From an uncultured Rhodohalobacter sp. (GTDB taxonomy: Bacteria > Bacteroidota > Rhodothermia > Balneolales > Balneolaceae), in NCBI GenBank assembly GCA_964625635.1, contig CAZVEP010000002.1, forward strand, positions 79 through 64,078: DNA of 64,000 nt, written 5' to 3'. The notes beneath the pieces were generated by a model that saw nothing but the letters and a program-made list of their open reading frames with translations, did not search any database and was not told the origin of the DNA. The position numbers were made by a program, and so were the translations under genes. Shown here piece after piece: positions 20,616 to 31,436 of the stretch (positions are counted from its first letter, which is position 1; the number at the start of each line of letters is the position of its first letter).

Positions 20616-20784
20616 GTACAATGTTTTCTATTTTTTTTACAGACCTAAAAAATAGGATGTTCAGCGCTGTTTACCAACCAAAATTTTAATCACACATCAT
20701 TCACTTCATTAGAGATTTTAAATGGTGAGGGCATATCAGCTTCGTATATTCATGTGAAAGATTAACTAACTGAATACAATATAT

Positions 20785-21315
20785 TTGAAAAAACGTTCGA
20801 CAAGACAAATATTAGAAGCAAATCAATCCAGGGAATCTCCTCTCAGGAATCATTTTATTTTATGGCTCCACAATGTCAGGAGTCTGCATAATGTAGGAGC
20901 AGCATTCAGAAATGCAGATGCTTTTGGAATAAAAGAAATATATATCTCAGGTTATACGCCCCAACCTCCAAGACCTGAAATCACTAAAACTGCTATAGGA
21001 GCGGAAGAGCATGTTTCATGGAAGGCGATTGACAATCCGTTCGGGGAAATTGAAACTTTAAAAAACTCAGGTTATCAAGTAATTGGTCTTGAACAAACCC
21101 ACAATAGTGATTTATTGTCCGATTTCGTCCCAAATAAACAGAAAATATGCCTGATGCTCGGTAATGAGGTCACTGGTATCGACTCTGATTTAATCTCTCA
21201 TTTAGATTGTGCAGTAGAGATTCCTCAGTTTGGAATGAAGCATTCACTTAATGTGTCAGTAGCGTGCGGCGTTGCACTTTACGCTTTTTTGATTAAATAT
21301 CAAGCTCCAAGTTAA
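20785..21315 (+). CDS. SpoU/TrmH-family RNA 2'-O-methyltransferase
   Basis: 176 aa. SPOUT motifs HNVGAAFRNADAFG, LMLGNEVTGI and SLNVSVACGVALY. TTG start. Confidence 0.8.
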   Translation: MKKRSTRQILEANQSRESPLRNHFILWLHNVRSLHNVGAAFRNADAFGIKEIYISGYTPQPPRPEITKTAIGAEEHVSWKAIDNPFGEIETLKNSGYQVIGLEQTHNSDLLSDFVPNKQKICLMLGNEVTGIDSDLISHLDCAVEIPQFGMKHSLNVSVACGVALYAFLIKYQAPS

Positions 21316-21394
21316 TACGAATCTTTTATCTGTAAATTGGTAAATTTGATACATAGACGTTATTTTCGGCGCCCAAAAGAAAGACAATTTATTT

Positions 21395-23425
21395 ATGGCT
21401 AAACGCACACTTATTACTTCTGCCCTTCCTTATGCAAACGGGCCGATACATCTGGGGCATCTTGCCGGAGCATATCTTCCAGCTGATATATATACAAGAT
21501 ACCTAAGGCTCAAAAACGAAGACGTTCTACATATTTGCGGATCTGACGAGCACGGTGTTCCAATCACGATCGCTGCTGAAAAAGAAGGCATCACACCACA
21601 ACAGGTGGTAGACAAATTTCACTCACAGAATAAAGCCTCATTTCAGCGCTTTGGTATCGACTTTGATTACTACGGACGAACATCATCAAAAACGCATCGT
21701 GAAACATCTCAGGAGTTTTTTAAAGCACTAAATGACCAGGGAGTTTTCAAGAAAAAAACAGAAGAGCAACTTTACGATGAAGATGCAGACATGTTTTTGC
21801 CAGATCGCTATGTAAAAGGAACTTGTCCGGTATGCGGTTACGAAGAAGCCTATGGAGATCAATGTGAAAAGTGTGGTTCTTCACTATCCCCCACCGAGCT
21901 TATCAATCCTGTAAGTTCAATTACAGGAAATAAGCCAATCACAAAGAAAACCGAACACTGGTATTTACCTCTCGGCGATTTCCAGGATTGGCTTGAAGGA
22001 TGGATTGAATCACGTAATAATTGGAAAGCCAGCGTGACAGGACAGTGTAAAAGCTGGCTGAATTCCGGCTTGAATGACAGGGCAGTAACAAGAGATTTAT
22101 CATGGGGAGTGCCCGTGCCTCTGCCCGAGGCTCAGGGTAAGGTTCTTTATGTATGGTTTGACGCTCCTATTGGTTACATCTCGGCTACTAAAGAATGGGC
22201 TCAAGAGAAAGGTGAGCCTGACCTCTGGAAAACCTACTGGAAGGATGAGGACACACGATTAATTCATTTTATCGGCAAAGATAATATTGTTTTCCACTGC
22301 ATTATGTTTCCGGCCATACTAAAACAGTATGGCGGATATGTGCTGCCCGAAAATGTACCGGCCAACGAGTTTTTGAATCTGGAAGGAAGAAAACTATCCA
22401 CTTCTAAAGGATGGGCTGTATGGCTTGATGAATATCTTGATGAATTTGACCCCGACCTTTTGCGATATGTTCTGGGTACGACGCTGCCTGAAACCAAAGA
22501 TTCTGACTTTTCCTGGAAGGATTTCCAGGCACGAGTCAATAGTGAGTTAGCTGATATTCTCGGAAATTTCGTTTACCGTACAACAAGCTTCACTCAGCGT
22601 TTTTTTAATGGAGAAGTTCCCACTCCTGAAAATTTGGACGAAACAGATAAAGCTGCTCTGAGGTTTATCACCGAGCAAAAGAAATTGATTCAGGAATCAT
22701 ATGACAGTTTCCGGTTCAGGGAAGCTATTGCTGAAACAATGAATCTGGCCAGAGCCGGGAACCGTTATTTCACAGAAACCGAACCATGGAAAACGCGAAA
22801 TGAAGCTCCACAGAGGTGTAAAAATACGCTGTATGTGTGTACACAAATTTGTGGTGCATTGAGCTTGCTATTTCACCCGGTAATGCCGAAAAAAATGAAC
22901 TTATTGCGTGAACAGCTTGGTATTCCCCATCAAACACATTGGGACCAAATCGACGATCACCTGGTTCCTGCAGGACACCTGATAGATAAACAGGACATCC
23001 TGTTCGACAAGATTGAAGACGATATAGTGGAAAACCAGGTCCAAAAATTAAAAGACAAGTCTGGTATAACAGCTGAAGAAGAGTCTGAATTTCCGAAATT
23101 AAAAGACACGACCACATTTGATGATTTTATGTCTCTTGACTTAAGAGCAGGTAAAATTTTAAAAGCCGAAAAGATCAAAAAATCAAAAAAGCTTATTAAA
23201 ATTAACGTTGACCTTGGCTTTGAACAGCGAACAATACTTTCAGGTATCGCGGAATATTTTTCGCCTGAAGATATCGTTGGCAAATCTGTATGTGTAGTTG
23301 CAAATCTCGCTCCTAAAAAAATGATGGGGATCGAAAGTAATGGTATGATCCTGATGGGAGAAGATTCAGAGGGTACGTTACATTTTGTTGAAACGGAAGC
23401 TGAACCCGGCAGTCCAATTACATGA
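21395..23425 (+). CDS. metG: Methionine--tRNA ligase
   Basis: 676 aa. HIGH-type PIHLGHLAG, KMSKS-type KLSTSKG, Zn knuckles CPVCG..CEKCG, and a C-terminal tRNA-binding (Trbp111-like) domain. Confidence 0.95.
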   Translation: MAKRTLITSALPYANGPIHLGHLAGAYLPADIYTRYLRLKNEDVLHICGSDEHGVPITIAAEKEGITPQQVVDKFHSQNKASFQRFGIDFDYYGRTSSKTHRETSQEFFKALNDQGVFKKKTEEQLYDEDADMFLPDRYVKGTCPVCGYEEAYGDQCEKCGSSLSPTELINPVSSITGNKPITKKTEHWYLPLGDFQDWLEGWIESRNNWKASVTGQCKSWLNSGLNDRAVTRDLSWGVPVPLPEAQGKVLYVWFDAPIGYISATKEWAQEKGEPDLWKTYWKDEDTRLIHFIGKDNIVFHCIMFPAILKQYGGYVLPENVPANEFLNLEGRKLSTSKGWAVWLDEYLDEFDPDLLRYVLGTTLPETKDSDFSWKDFQARVNSELADILGNFVYRTTSFTQRFFNGEVPTPENLDETDKAALRFITEQKKLIQESYDSFRFREAIAETMNLARAGNRYFTETEPWKTRNEAPQRCKNTLYVCTQICGALSLLFHPVMPKKMNLLREQLGIPHQTHWDQIDDHLVPAGHLIDKQDILFDKIEDDIVENQVQKLKDKSGITAEEESEFPKLKDTTTFDDFMSLDLRAGKILKAEKIKKSKKLIKINVDLGFEQRTILSGIAEYFSPEDIVGKSVCVVANLAPKKMMGIESNGMILMGEDSEGTLHFVETEAEPGSPIT

Positions 23426-23440
23426 TGCTATCAGTTAATT

Positions 23441-25423
23441 ATGGAAGTAGAACAAATTAAGAACTCTCCTGGGGTAACCGTTGGAGAATTGGGCACAGAA
23501 TTCTGTTTTTACTGCAAAGATGCGACGTCTGTAGCATGTGAAGTCTTTGAGGATTACAGTGAGTCTGAAGGTAAACGCTACACTATGGAAACAGACGATG
23601 ACGGGTACTGGCACCTGTCGGTCAATGACGATCTTACGGGGAAATGGTACGGGTATCATGTGAAGCACCCCAAACAATTAGAGAAGACCAATCCCTACCG
23701 TGGCGAACTCTTTGCGGATCCTTACAGCCGGCATGTAACGGTAAATGATTCGTACGATCAACGAGCTAAAACCTATATTTTTGATAACTCATTTGACTGG
23801 GAGGAAGATCAGCATCAATATCCTGACGACCCGCGCGACCTCGTTATTTACGAAACGCACCTGAAAGATTGCACAGCCCATCCCAGCAGTGGTGCAACAG
23901 GTAAAGGATTTTTTCACAAATTCGTTGATCTGAATCAAAAAGGCGGTATTGCACACCTTAAAAAGCTGGGCGTAAATTGTGTAGAGTTTCTTCCTCTTCA
24001 GAAATTTGCACGTATAGAGCCTCAGTATGGTGAAGAAACGAAAGAAGGATTTTTCAACTCATGGAACCCCTATGCAGAGAATTATTGGGGCTATATGACC
24101 TCTTTCTTTTTTGCACCTGAGAACTCTTTTGCATCCGATAGCTCCGGCAAAATTCGGGGTTATACTACTGCAGCTGTTTCAGAGTTTAAAACCATGGTGA
24201 AAGAGCTTCATAAACACGGCATCACTGTATTGATGGATGTCGTTTATAATCATACGTCACTCTTTGACTTAAACCCACTTACCCACCTCTGCCCGCACAC
24301 ATATCTTCGATATAACGAAAAAGGCAAGTTAATGAACCGGAGCGGCACCGGAAATGAATATAAATCCGAGGAAACGGTCGCAAGACAGCTCATTCTCGAT
24401 TCGCTTGTCCATTGGGTTGAAGAATACCATGTTGACGGGTTCCGGTTTGATTTGGCAGCTCTGCTCGATATGCAAACTTGGGGAGCTATTCGTAAAACGC
24501 TTCACAACATAGACCCCAGGATAGTATTAATTGCAGAACCATGGGGCGGCCACTACGCTCCGGCACAATTTTCAGATTACGACTGGGCGTCCTGGAACGA
24601 CAGAATTCGAAATAGTATCAAGGGTTCAGATCCTCTGCATGATAAAGGATTTATCTTTTCTGAGTGGCAGCATGAAACCAGCAGGGGCCGACTTGAAAAT
24701 ATCATACGCGGCACTCTTAAAGAGGGTGATGGCGGTTTATTCGACACCTCAGCTCATAGCGTCAACTACCTGGAAAGTCACGATGGGTATACTCTTGCCG
24801 ATTTCATTCGAATTGGCCTGAAACCGGAACTTCACGACGATGTCATCGAAAATCCGCTTGAGTTTAATAAACTCAGTGATAGACAAAAGGATCATGCTAA
24901 GCTTGCTGCTCTTACACTTTTTGTTTCGCAGGGTATAACGATGATTCACGCAGGTCAGGAATTTGGCCGGGCGAAAATAATTGCTGAAACAGATGCGAAA
25001 GATCCCGATGTTGGTAAAATTGATCATAATAGCTATCAAAAAGACAATGCTACCAACTGGCTTGATTTTAATGTTCTTGACTTAAATAAAGATCTCTTTA
25101 ACTACTACCGCGGTTTAATAAACGTCAGGCTAACATCTCCTGCACTCCGCAAGGCGAAACCCGATGAGATAATCTTCGATCATTTTGATAACCCGCTGTT
25201 GCTAAGCTTTTACGTCAGAGGAAAATCGTCTGGAGATTTATATGATTATTACGTTATCCTTAACGCCAATTGGTCAGATACAATCTCCCAGCACCTGCCA
25301 CAGGGTTCCTGGGAACTTATCGCAAATAAACAGATTGCATCCTCGCAGGCATTTGATATCTTAAGCGGTATTATTGATGTGCCAGCAAAAAGCGGAGCTA
25401 TACTCAGAAAATTTCGGCACTAA
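23441..25423 (+). CDS. GH13 pullulanase-type / glycogen-debranching alpha-glucosidase
   Basis: 660 aa. GH13 regions VLMDVVYNHT, GFRFDLAALL, IAEPWGG and NYLESHD. N-terminal CBM48-like domain. No obvious signal peptide. Confidence 0.85.
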   Translation: MEVEQIKNSPGVTVGELGTEFCFYCKDATSVACEVFEDYSESEGKRYTMETDDDGYWHLSVNDDLTGKWYGYHVKHPKQLEKTNPYRGELFADPYSRHVTVNDSYDQRAKTYIFDNSFDWEEDQHQYPDDPRDLVIYETHLKDCTAHPSSGATGKGFFHKFVDLNQKGGIAHLKKLGVNCVEFLPLQKFARIEPQYGEETKEGFFNSWNPYAENYWGYMTSFFFAPENSFASDSSGKIRGYTTAAVSEFKTMVKELHKHGITVLMDVVYNHTSLFDLNPLTHLCPHTYLRYNEKGKLMNRSGTGNEYKSEETVARQLILDSLVHWVEEYHVDGFRFDLAALLDMQTWGAIRKTLHNIDPRIVLIAEPWGGHYAPAQFSDYDWASWNDRIRNSIKGSDPLHDKGFIFSEWQHETSRGRLENIIRGTLKEGDGGLFDTSAHSVNYLESHDGYTLADFIRIGLKPELHDDVIENPLEFNKLSDRQKDHAKLAALTLFVSQGITMIHAGQEFGRAKIIAETDAKDPDVGKIDHNSYQKDNATNWLDFNVLDLNKDLFNYYRGLINVRLTSPALRKAKPDEIIFDHFDNPLLLSFYVRGKSSGDLYDYYVILNANWSDTISQHLPQGSWELIANKQIASSQAFDILSGIIDVPAKSGAILRKFRH

Positions 25424-25467
25424 TCAGTAATTTTCAGACTTTTTAACTACATATATTCGGAGGACCA

Positions 25468-26835
25468 TTGGCTGATATATCCACAACATCACGCGGAAAT
25501 TGGGATTCAAAATTAGGCTTTATTCTTGCAGCTGCAGGATCAGCTGTTGGACTTGGTAATATTTGGAGATTCCCAACTGAAGCCGCTTCCAATGGCGGCG
25601 CTGCTTTTCTGCTTATCTATCTTGCTTGCTGTTTTTTGATCGGATTTCCTGTAATGATTGCCGAAATGTCTATAGGACGCAGTTCAAAGAAAAACCCAGT
25701 AGGTGCATTCCGCTCGCTCAGTACTAATAAGTTTTTTCCGCTGGTAGGTATTTGGGGTGTTCTTTGTGGTGTGATGATTTTGTCTTTTTACACGGTCATC
25801 GCCGGCTGGACGTTCAGTCATGTCTTTGTTGAAATATTTGTGCACCTGGGAATGCAGGATACAGCCAATTATCTTGCCGATTTTCAAAATGGATACGTCA
25901 ATGCTGTGTTTGCCATACTTTTTATGGCATGTACAATTGGAATTATAAGAGGTGGTATCAGTAACGGTATTGAAAGAGCCACAAAATTGATGATGCCTCT
26001 TCTTCTGATAATCCTGGTTATAATGACGGTTTATGTAATGTTTCAGCCTGGCGCCCGGGAAGGCCTGGAAATTTACCTCTACCCCGACTTTTCAATGATA
26101 GATATGGATTTGATTCTGGCGGCAATGGGTCAGGCATTCTTCTCCCTCTCATTGGGTATGGGGGCTATCATTACTTATGGTTCTTACCTCAGTAAAAAGG
26201 AGAATATTGCTGAAGCGGCAGGTTTTGTTACGCTCGCTGACGTAGGAATTGCATTTCTTGCGGGGCTTTTGATTCTTCCAACGATCTACATGGCCCAGGC
26301 TGAAGGTGTTCAAATATTTGATGCGGATGGTAACTTCCTCGCAGGACCAGCGCTTATATTTCAGCTTCTTCCAGAATTGTTTGCCCAAATGGGAGGCCTC
26401 ACAGGACTCATTTTTGGTGTCCTCTTCTTTTCATTATTGAGTATTGCGGCTCTCACATCTACTATTTCCCTGCTTGAAGTGCCTGTTTCTTATGTAATTG
26501 ACGAACACAAAGTGGCACGGAAACATGCTGCACTGTATGTGGGCCTTGGTATTCTGGCAATATCATTAATCATTTCATTCAACACGGCTCTGATAGACAC
26601 GATTGACTTTACCTTCAGTGTTATCGGGCTGCCCCTTGGTGGCTTGCTGATCTGTATTTTCCTTGGTTATGTCTGGAAGACAGAGAATGCCCTCGATGAA
26701 TTGAAACATGGATATGAAACCGTAAAAGATACCTTTTTTGCAAAAGCATGGTCAGTTTCAGTGAAGTACATATGCCCGTTGATTATCCTGATCATTTTGA
26801 TTCAGACTATTTATAATAATTTCTTTGGGGGTTAA
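25468..26835 (+). CDS. Sodium-dependent transporter, neurotransmitter:sodium symporter (SNF) family
   Basis: 455 aa. N-terminal signature LGFILAAAGSAVGLGNIWRFP and about 11-12 TM helices. TTG start. Confidence 0.9.
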   Translation: MADISTTSRGNWDSKLGFILAAAGSAVGLGNIWRFPTEAASNGGAAFLLIYLACCFLIGFPVMIAEMSIGRSSKKNPVGAFRSLSTNKFFPLVGIWGVLCGVMILSFYTVIAGWTFSHVFVEIFVHLGMQDTANYLADFQNGYVNAVFAILFMACTIGIIRGGISNGIERATKLMMPLLLIILVIMTVYVMFQPGAREGLEIYLYPDFSMIDMDLILAAMGQAFFSLSLGMGAIITYGSYLSKKENIAEAAGFVTLADVGIAFLAGLLILPTIYMAQAEGVQIFDADGNFLAGPALIFQLLPELFAQMGGLTGLIFGVLFFSLLSIAALTSTISLLEVPVSYVIDEHKVARKHAALYVGLGILAISLIISFNTALIDTIDFTFSVIGLPLGGLLICIFLGYVWKTENALDELKHGYETVKDTFFAKAWSVSVKYICPLIILIILIQTIYNNFFGG

Positions 26836-26913
26836 ACACCCTTCACGGAAACACGGTTTGTTATCAACGACCATCTGCAGTATTTTTGATCAAAATTTAT
26901 AATATGTGATTAC

Positions 26914-27483
26914 ATGGCAAAAGTTAGTACTTCTGATTTTCGAAACGGCCTCAACATTATACTAGGTGACGAGATTTATACGATTGTTGAATTTCAGCAT
27001 GTGAAACCCGGTAAAGGGCCTGCGTTTGTGCGCACCAAGCTTAAAGGTGTTTTAAATGAAAAAAATATCGAAAAGACCTTCCGGTCAGGCGAGAGTATGG
27101 AGTCTGTCAGGATTGAATCTCACCCCTATCAGTTTCTTTACCTTGATGGTAATATGTACTTCTTTATGCATCAGGAAACTTACGAGCAGGTCCCCCTTGA
27201 GGCTGCACGTGTTAAAAAAGAAAAATACATCTCTGATGGCATGATTTGTACACTGGTCATAGATGTTGAAAACGATACCATTCTTTATGCCGAACCACCT
27301 GATCAGATTGAAGCGGAAGTTGTTCAAACAGATCCCGGCTTAAAAGGTGATACTGCACAAGGTGGAAGCAAACCTGCTACTATATCCGGCGGGGCTGTTG
27401 TACAAGTACCTTTATTTATTGAACAGGGTGAAAAAATTAAGGTTGATACCCGAACCGGAGAATATCTCGAACGAGCTAAATAA
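26914..27483 (+). CDS. efp: Elongation factor P
   Basis: 189 aa. VEFQHVKPGKGPAFVRTKLK and the C-terminal OB-domain pattern. Confidence 0.93.
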   Translation: MAKVSTSDFRNGLNIILGDEIYTIVEFQHVKPGKGPAFVRTKLKGVLNEKNIEKTFRSGESMESVRIESHPYQFLYLDGNMYFFMHQETYEQVPLEAARVKKEKYISDGMICTLVIDVENDTILYAEPPDQIEAEVVQTDPGLKGDTAQGGSKPATISGGAVVQVPLFIEQGEKIKVDTRTGEYLERAK

Positions 27484-27501
27484 AAATAACCGATTACGAC
27501 T

Positions 27502-27987
27502 ATGGACTTAAAACTAGTAAAAAACCTTCTTGACCTGATTTCAAAAAGTGACGTTAACGAAGTGTCAATTGAAGAAGGCGATTTTAAAATAAAAGTAAAG
27601 AAACAATCGGAACTGCCTGCAGCAAATCTGCAATACTCGATGCCTGCACAACAACAGGTATCTCCACAGGCACAGGCACAACCTGCTCAACAGTCAGCTG
27701 CACAAACAGAAGCGTCTGCTAAAACAGAAAGTAGCTCTCAGCCAGATGGTGAGGTAGTAAAATCCCCGATCGTTGGTACATTTTATGAAGCTCCTTCTCC
27801 TGACTCTGACGCCTTTATAAAAGTTGGAGATAAGGTAAGCGCAGGTGATACGCTTTGTATCATTGAAGCAATGAAAATTATGAATGAAATAGACGCTGAA
27901 TTTTCAGGTACTGTAGAAAAAATAATTGTTGATGACGGTCAGCCTGTAGAATTTGATCAACCGCTCTTTATCATCAAAAAATCTTAA
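27502..27987 (+). CDS. accB: Acetyl-CoA carboxylase biotin carboxyl carrier protein
   Basis: 161 aa. Ala/Gln/Pro-rich linker and biotinyl-lysine motif [10 protein letters not shown]. Confidence 0.93.
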   Translation: MDLKLVKNLLDLISKSDVNEVSIEEGDFKIKVKKQSELPAANLQYSMPAQQQVSPQAQAQPAQQSAAQTEASAKTESSSQPDGEVVKSPIVGTFYEAPSPDSDAFIKVGDKVSAGDTLCIIEAMKIMNEIDAEFSGTVEKIIVDDGQPVEFDQPLFIIKKS

Positions 27988-27995
27988 TCCTGCCC

Positions 27996-29345
27996 ATGTT
28001 TAATAAAATATTGGTTGCAAACAGAGGAGAGATTGCTCTTCGGATCATTCGAACCTGTAAAGAGATGGGGATCAAAACGGTAGCTGTGTACTCAACAGCC
28101 GACCAGGATTCACTTCATGTAAAATTTGCGGACGAGGCAGTATGTATCGGCCCTCCTTCTAGTAAGGAGAGTTACCTGAAAATTCCATCTATTCTCGCAG
28201 CTGCTGAAATTACAAATGCAGAGGCCATTCATCCCGGCTATGGATTTTTATCCGAAAATGCAGAGTTTAGTCGTATTTGTGCGGAGCATGAATTAAAATT
28301 CATTGGTCCCTCTGCTGAAATGATCTCCACAATGGGTGATAAGGCAACTGCCAAAGCTACAATGATAGCCAGCGGTGTTCCTGTTGTCCCAGGTTCAGAT
28401 GGTATCGTATCTACCTATGAGGATGCAAAAAAAGTAGCAAAAGAGACCGGCTACCCATTGATGATCAAAGCCAGTGCCGGAGGTGGCGGCCGCGGAATGA
28501 GAGTTGTTGACAGTGAAGAAAAATTAAAGCAGGCCTTTGATACATGCCGTAATGAAGCATCTACTGTATTCAATAATCCAGACGTTTATATTGAGAAGTT
28601 TGTTGCAGATCCACGTCATATAGAAATTCAAATTCTAGGTGATCAACATGGGAATATTATTCATCTTGGAGAACGCGAGTGCTCTCTTCAGCGGCGCCAT
28701 CAAAAAATGCTTGAAGAGGCTCCTTCGCCCGTAGCTACTCCCGAATTGCGTGAAAGAATGGGAAATGCCGCGGTTAAGGCCGGTAAAGCCATAAATTATG
28801 AAGGTGCCGGAACCATAGAGTTTTTGGTGGACAATGATCACAACTTCTATTTCATGGAAATGAATACCCGGATTCAGGTTGAGCACCCTGTAACCGAAGA
28901 AGTAACGTATGTAGATCTTGTAAAAGAACAAATCAGAGTAGCTGCCGGTGAAAAAATTGATACGTCTCCCCTCAAGATAAGAGGGCACTCTATTGAATGC
29001 CGAATCAACGCTGAGGATCCCGCTCACAATTTCCGTCCTACGGCTGGCGTAGCAACTGCATTCAATATCCCCGGGGGGCATAGCACAAGGGTCGACACAC
29101 ATGCCTATGCAGGTTATAAAATACCGCCACACTACGATTCAATGATCGCTAAACTCATCGTTAGTGCCCCAACACGTGATGAAGCCATAAAACGAATGCG
29201 GCGTGCGCTTCAGGAATTTATTGTTGAAGGCATCAAAACTACGATACCATATCATCTGCAGTTAATGGATGATGAAGGTTTTCAGACAGGTGAATTCAAT
29301 ACGAAATATCTTGAAAATTCTTTCAAATTTAACCCCGACAAGTAA
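27996..29345 (+). CDS. accC: Acetyl-CoA carboxylase biotin carboxylase subunit
   Basis: 449 aa. ATP-grasp motifs [12 protein letters not shown] and [14 protein letters not shown]. Confidence 0.95.
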   Translation: MFNKILVANRGEIALRIIRTCKEMGIKTVAVYSTADQDSLHVKFADEAVCIGPPSSKESYLKIPSILAAAEITNAEAIHPGYGFLSENAEFSRICAEHELKFIGPSAEMISTMGDKATAKATMIASGVPVVPGSDGIVSTYEDAKKVAKETGYPLMIKASAGGGGRGMRVVDSEEKLKQAFDTCRNEASTVFNNPDVYIEKFVADPRHIEIQILGDQHGNIIHLGERECSLQRRHQKMLEEAPSPVATPELRERMGNAAVKAGKAINYEGAGTIEFLVDNDHNFYFMEMNTRIQVEHPVTEEVTYVDLVKEQIRVAAGEKIDTSPLKIRGHSIECRINAEDPAHNFRPTAGVATAFNIPGGHSTRVDTHAYAGYKIPPHYDSMIAKLIVSAPTRDEAIKRMRRALQEFIVEGIKTTIPYHLQLMDDEGFQTGEFNTKYLENSFKFNPDK

Positions 29346-29360
29346 TATTTACGGAGAATC

Positions 29361-29741
29361 ATGAACATACCAACAGACCTAAAATATACACAGGAACACG
29401 AATGGGTTCGTGATAACGGTGATGGAACCGTTACTGTCGGAATAACCGATTTTGCACAGAGCGAACTTGGAGATATTGTTTTTGTAGAACTTGAACCTGA
29501 AGGCTTTGAGTTTGACACAGATGACGTATTTGGCACTGTAGAAGCTGTAAAAACCGTTTCTGAACTGTTTGCTCCTGTTGCTGGTGAAATCGTCGAGAAT
29601 AATGAAGAACTGGAAGACGATCCCGAACTTGTCAATAATGATCCCTATGAGAAAGGTTGGATGGTTAAGATTAAAGTTTCCGATAAGTCGCAGATTGAAG
29701 AGCTCTTATCTGCCGAAGATTACAAGGATGTAATCGATTAA
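29361..29741 (+). CDS. gcvH: Glycine cleavage system protein H
   Basis: 126 aa. Lipoyl-lysine context [19 protein letters not shown]. Confidence 0.92.
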   Translation: MNIPTDLKYTQEHEWVRDNGDGTVTVGITDFAQSELGDIVFVELEPEGFEFDTDDVFGTVEAVKTVSELFAPVAGEIVENNEELEDDPELVNNDPYEKGWMVKIKVSDKSQIEELLSAEDYKDVID

Positions 29742-29760
29742 TGACGGATAATCTGACCTA

Positions 29761-31311
29761 ATGAATTTACATACAGGAGACTGGATATTAATCCTCGATT
29801 TTGGGTCTCAATACACGCAACTCATTGCACGGCGCGTACGTGAATTAAATGTGTATTGTGAAATACATCCATTCAATACCAATCCCGATACCTTTAAAGA
29901 TCATCCTCCCAGGGGAATAATATTATCGGGTGGTCCCAGCAGCGTTTATGATGACGATGCCCCCGAACTGAACTTGCATTATCTGGATATTGATGTTCCT
30001 GTACTTGGCATTTGTTACGGCCTGCAGTCACTCGCCCACGCAATTCATCCGGGAGCAGTTGAAAAGGCTGAGAAGCGTGAATTTGGCAGGGCAACGCTTA
30101 TCATAGACGATGATTCTGACCTTCTTAAAAATTTGGAAGAGCAATCCACTGTATGGATGAGCCACGGTGATCATATTATCGATCTACCCGATACTTACCA
30201 CCCTATTGCCCATACATCCAATGCACCTGTAGCCGCCGTCCGCCACAACAAGAAAGATATTTTTGGCGTGCAGTTTCACCCGGAGGTCGTTCATACGGAT
30301 GAAGGGAAAACTATTTTTAAGAATTTTGTTGATGATATTTGCGGAAGTTCCCGCACCTGGACAGCCGCTTCTTTTATTGATACTCAAATAAATGATATAC
30401 GAAAACAGGTTGGTGACAAAAATGTTCTTTGTGCACTCTCAGGTGGAGTAGATTCTACAGTTGTTGCTACCCTGCTTCACAAAGCAATTGGTAATCAGTT
30501 ACAGTGCATTTTCGTTGATAACGGCCTCCTTCGCAAGAATGAATACAATACAGTGCTTAGCACCTACAGGGAGCATTTAAACCTGCCTGTTAAAGGTGTG
30601 GACGCCTCACAGGAGTTTATTGATCATCTTTCAGGCATTGTTGACCCTGAAGAGAAGCGGAAAATTATCGGTTCCACATTTATTGATGTTTTCGACAGGG
30701 AAGTTCTTGACGAAGGTAAATATACGTTTCTTGCTCAGGGTACGCTTTATCCTGATGTGATTGAAAGTGTTTCTTTTAAAGGACCGTCAGCGACCATCAA
30801 GTCGCACCATAATGTTGGAGGATTACCTGAAAAAATGAACCTCAAGCTCATTGAACCGGTCAGAGAGCTTTTTAAAGATGAAGTGAGAAACGTGGGACGT
30901 GAGCTTGGAATTCCTGAATCTTTTATCGGGCGTCACCCGTTTCCGGGTCCCGGGCTTGGAATTCGGATTATTGGTGACATTACTCCAGACCGGCTGGCTC
31001 TTTTACGGGAAGCTGATGCAATATTCATTAATTCTTTGCGAGAGCACGATCTTTACGATGAGGTGTGGCAGGCCCTGGCCGTTCTTTTACCTATACAATC
31101 TGTAGGAGTTATGGGCGACGAGCGGACATATGAGTTTACGATTGCATTGAGAGCCGTAACCAGTCGCGATGGTATGACTGCAGACTGGGCCCATCTACCT
31201 TATGATTACCTTTCTATCGTTAGTAATCAGATTATCAATGAAGTGAAAGGAATCAATCGTGTGGTATATGATGTGAGCTCGAAACCACCGTCAACAATTG
31301 AGTGGGAATAG
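29761..31311 (+). CDS. guaA: Glutamine-hydrolysing GMP synthase
   Basis: 516 aa. GATase Cys GICYGLQ, PP-loop SGGVDSTV, and C-terminal dimerisation domain ending PPSTIEWE. Confidence 0.95.
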   Translation: MNLHTGDWILILDFGSQYTQLIARRVRELNVYCEIHPFNTNPDTFKDHPPRGIILSGGPSSVYDDDAPELNLHYLDIDVPVLGICYGLQSLAHAIHPGAVEKAEKREFGRATLIIDDDSDLLKNLEEQSTVWMSHGDHIIDLPDTYHPIAHTSNAPVAAVRHNKKDIFGVQFHPEVVHTDEGKTIFKNFVDDICGSSRTWTAASFIDTQINDIRKQVGDKNVLCALSGGVDSTVVATLLHKAIGNQLQCIFVDNGLLRKNEYNTVLSTYREHLNLPVKGVDASQEFIDHLSGIVDPEEKRKIIGSTFIDVFDREVLDEGKYTFLAQGTLYPDVIESVSFKGPSATIKSHHNVGGLPEKMNLKLIEPVRELFKDEVRNVGRELGIPESFIGRHPFPGPGLGIRIIGDITPDRLALLREADAIFINSLREHDLYDEVWQALAVLLPIQSVGVMGDERTYEFTIALRAVTSRDGMTADWAHLPYDYLSIVSNQIINEVKGINRVVYDVSSKPPSTIEWE

Positions 31312-31436
31312 GTTTGAGTTCTTTAAAAAATGGATAAGGCCTATTATTTATAAATGAAGGCTTTCTTATCATAGTTGGCATAGAAATTTTTTTAGGAACA
31401 TATTCTCCTCGTTGGTATTCATTTTACTGAACTCAA

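Noticed and set aside
26881-26895. Bacteroidota-style -7 box candidates: TATTTTTG upstream of efp (overlapping the palindrome TTTTGATCAAAA) and TAAATTTG at 21341-21348 upstream of metG
   Set aside because: No matching -33 TTG lies at the right spacing. The motif is missing upstream of other clear operon heads such as sdhC, greA and mutS2. I do not consider promoter calls supportable by eye.
29282-29635. 117-aa Ser-rich ORF ([15 protein letters not shown]..) antisense to the accC 3' end and gcvH
   Set aside because: It lies entirely opposite two strongly supported conserved genes. The low-complexity Ser/Thr composition is what antisense reading of Glu/Asp/Val-rich coding sequence gives. It is a shadow ORF.
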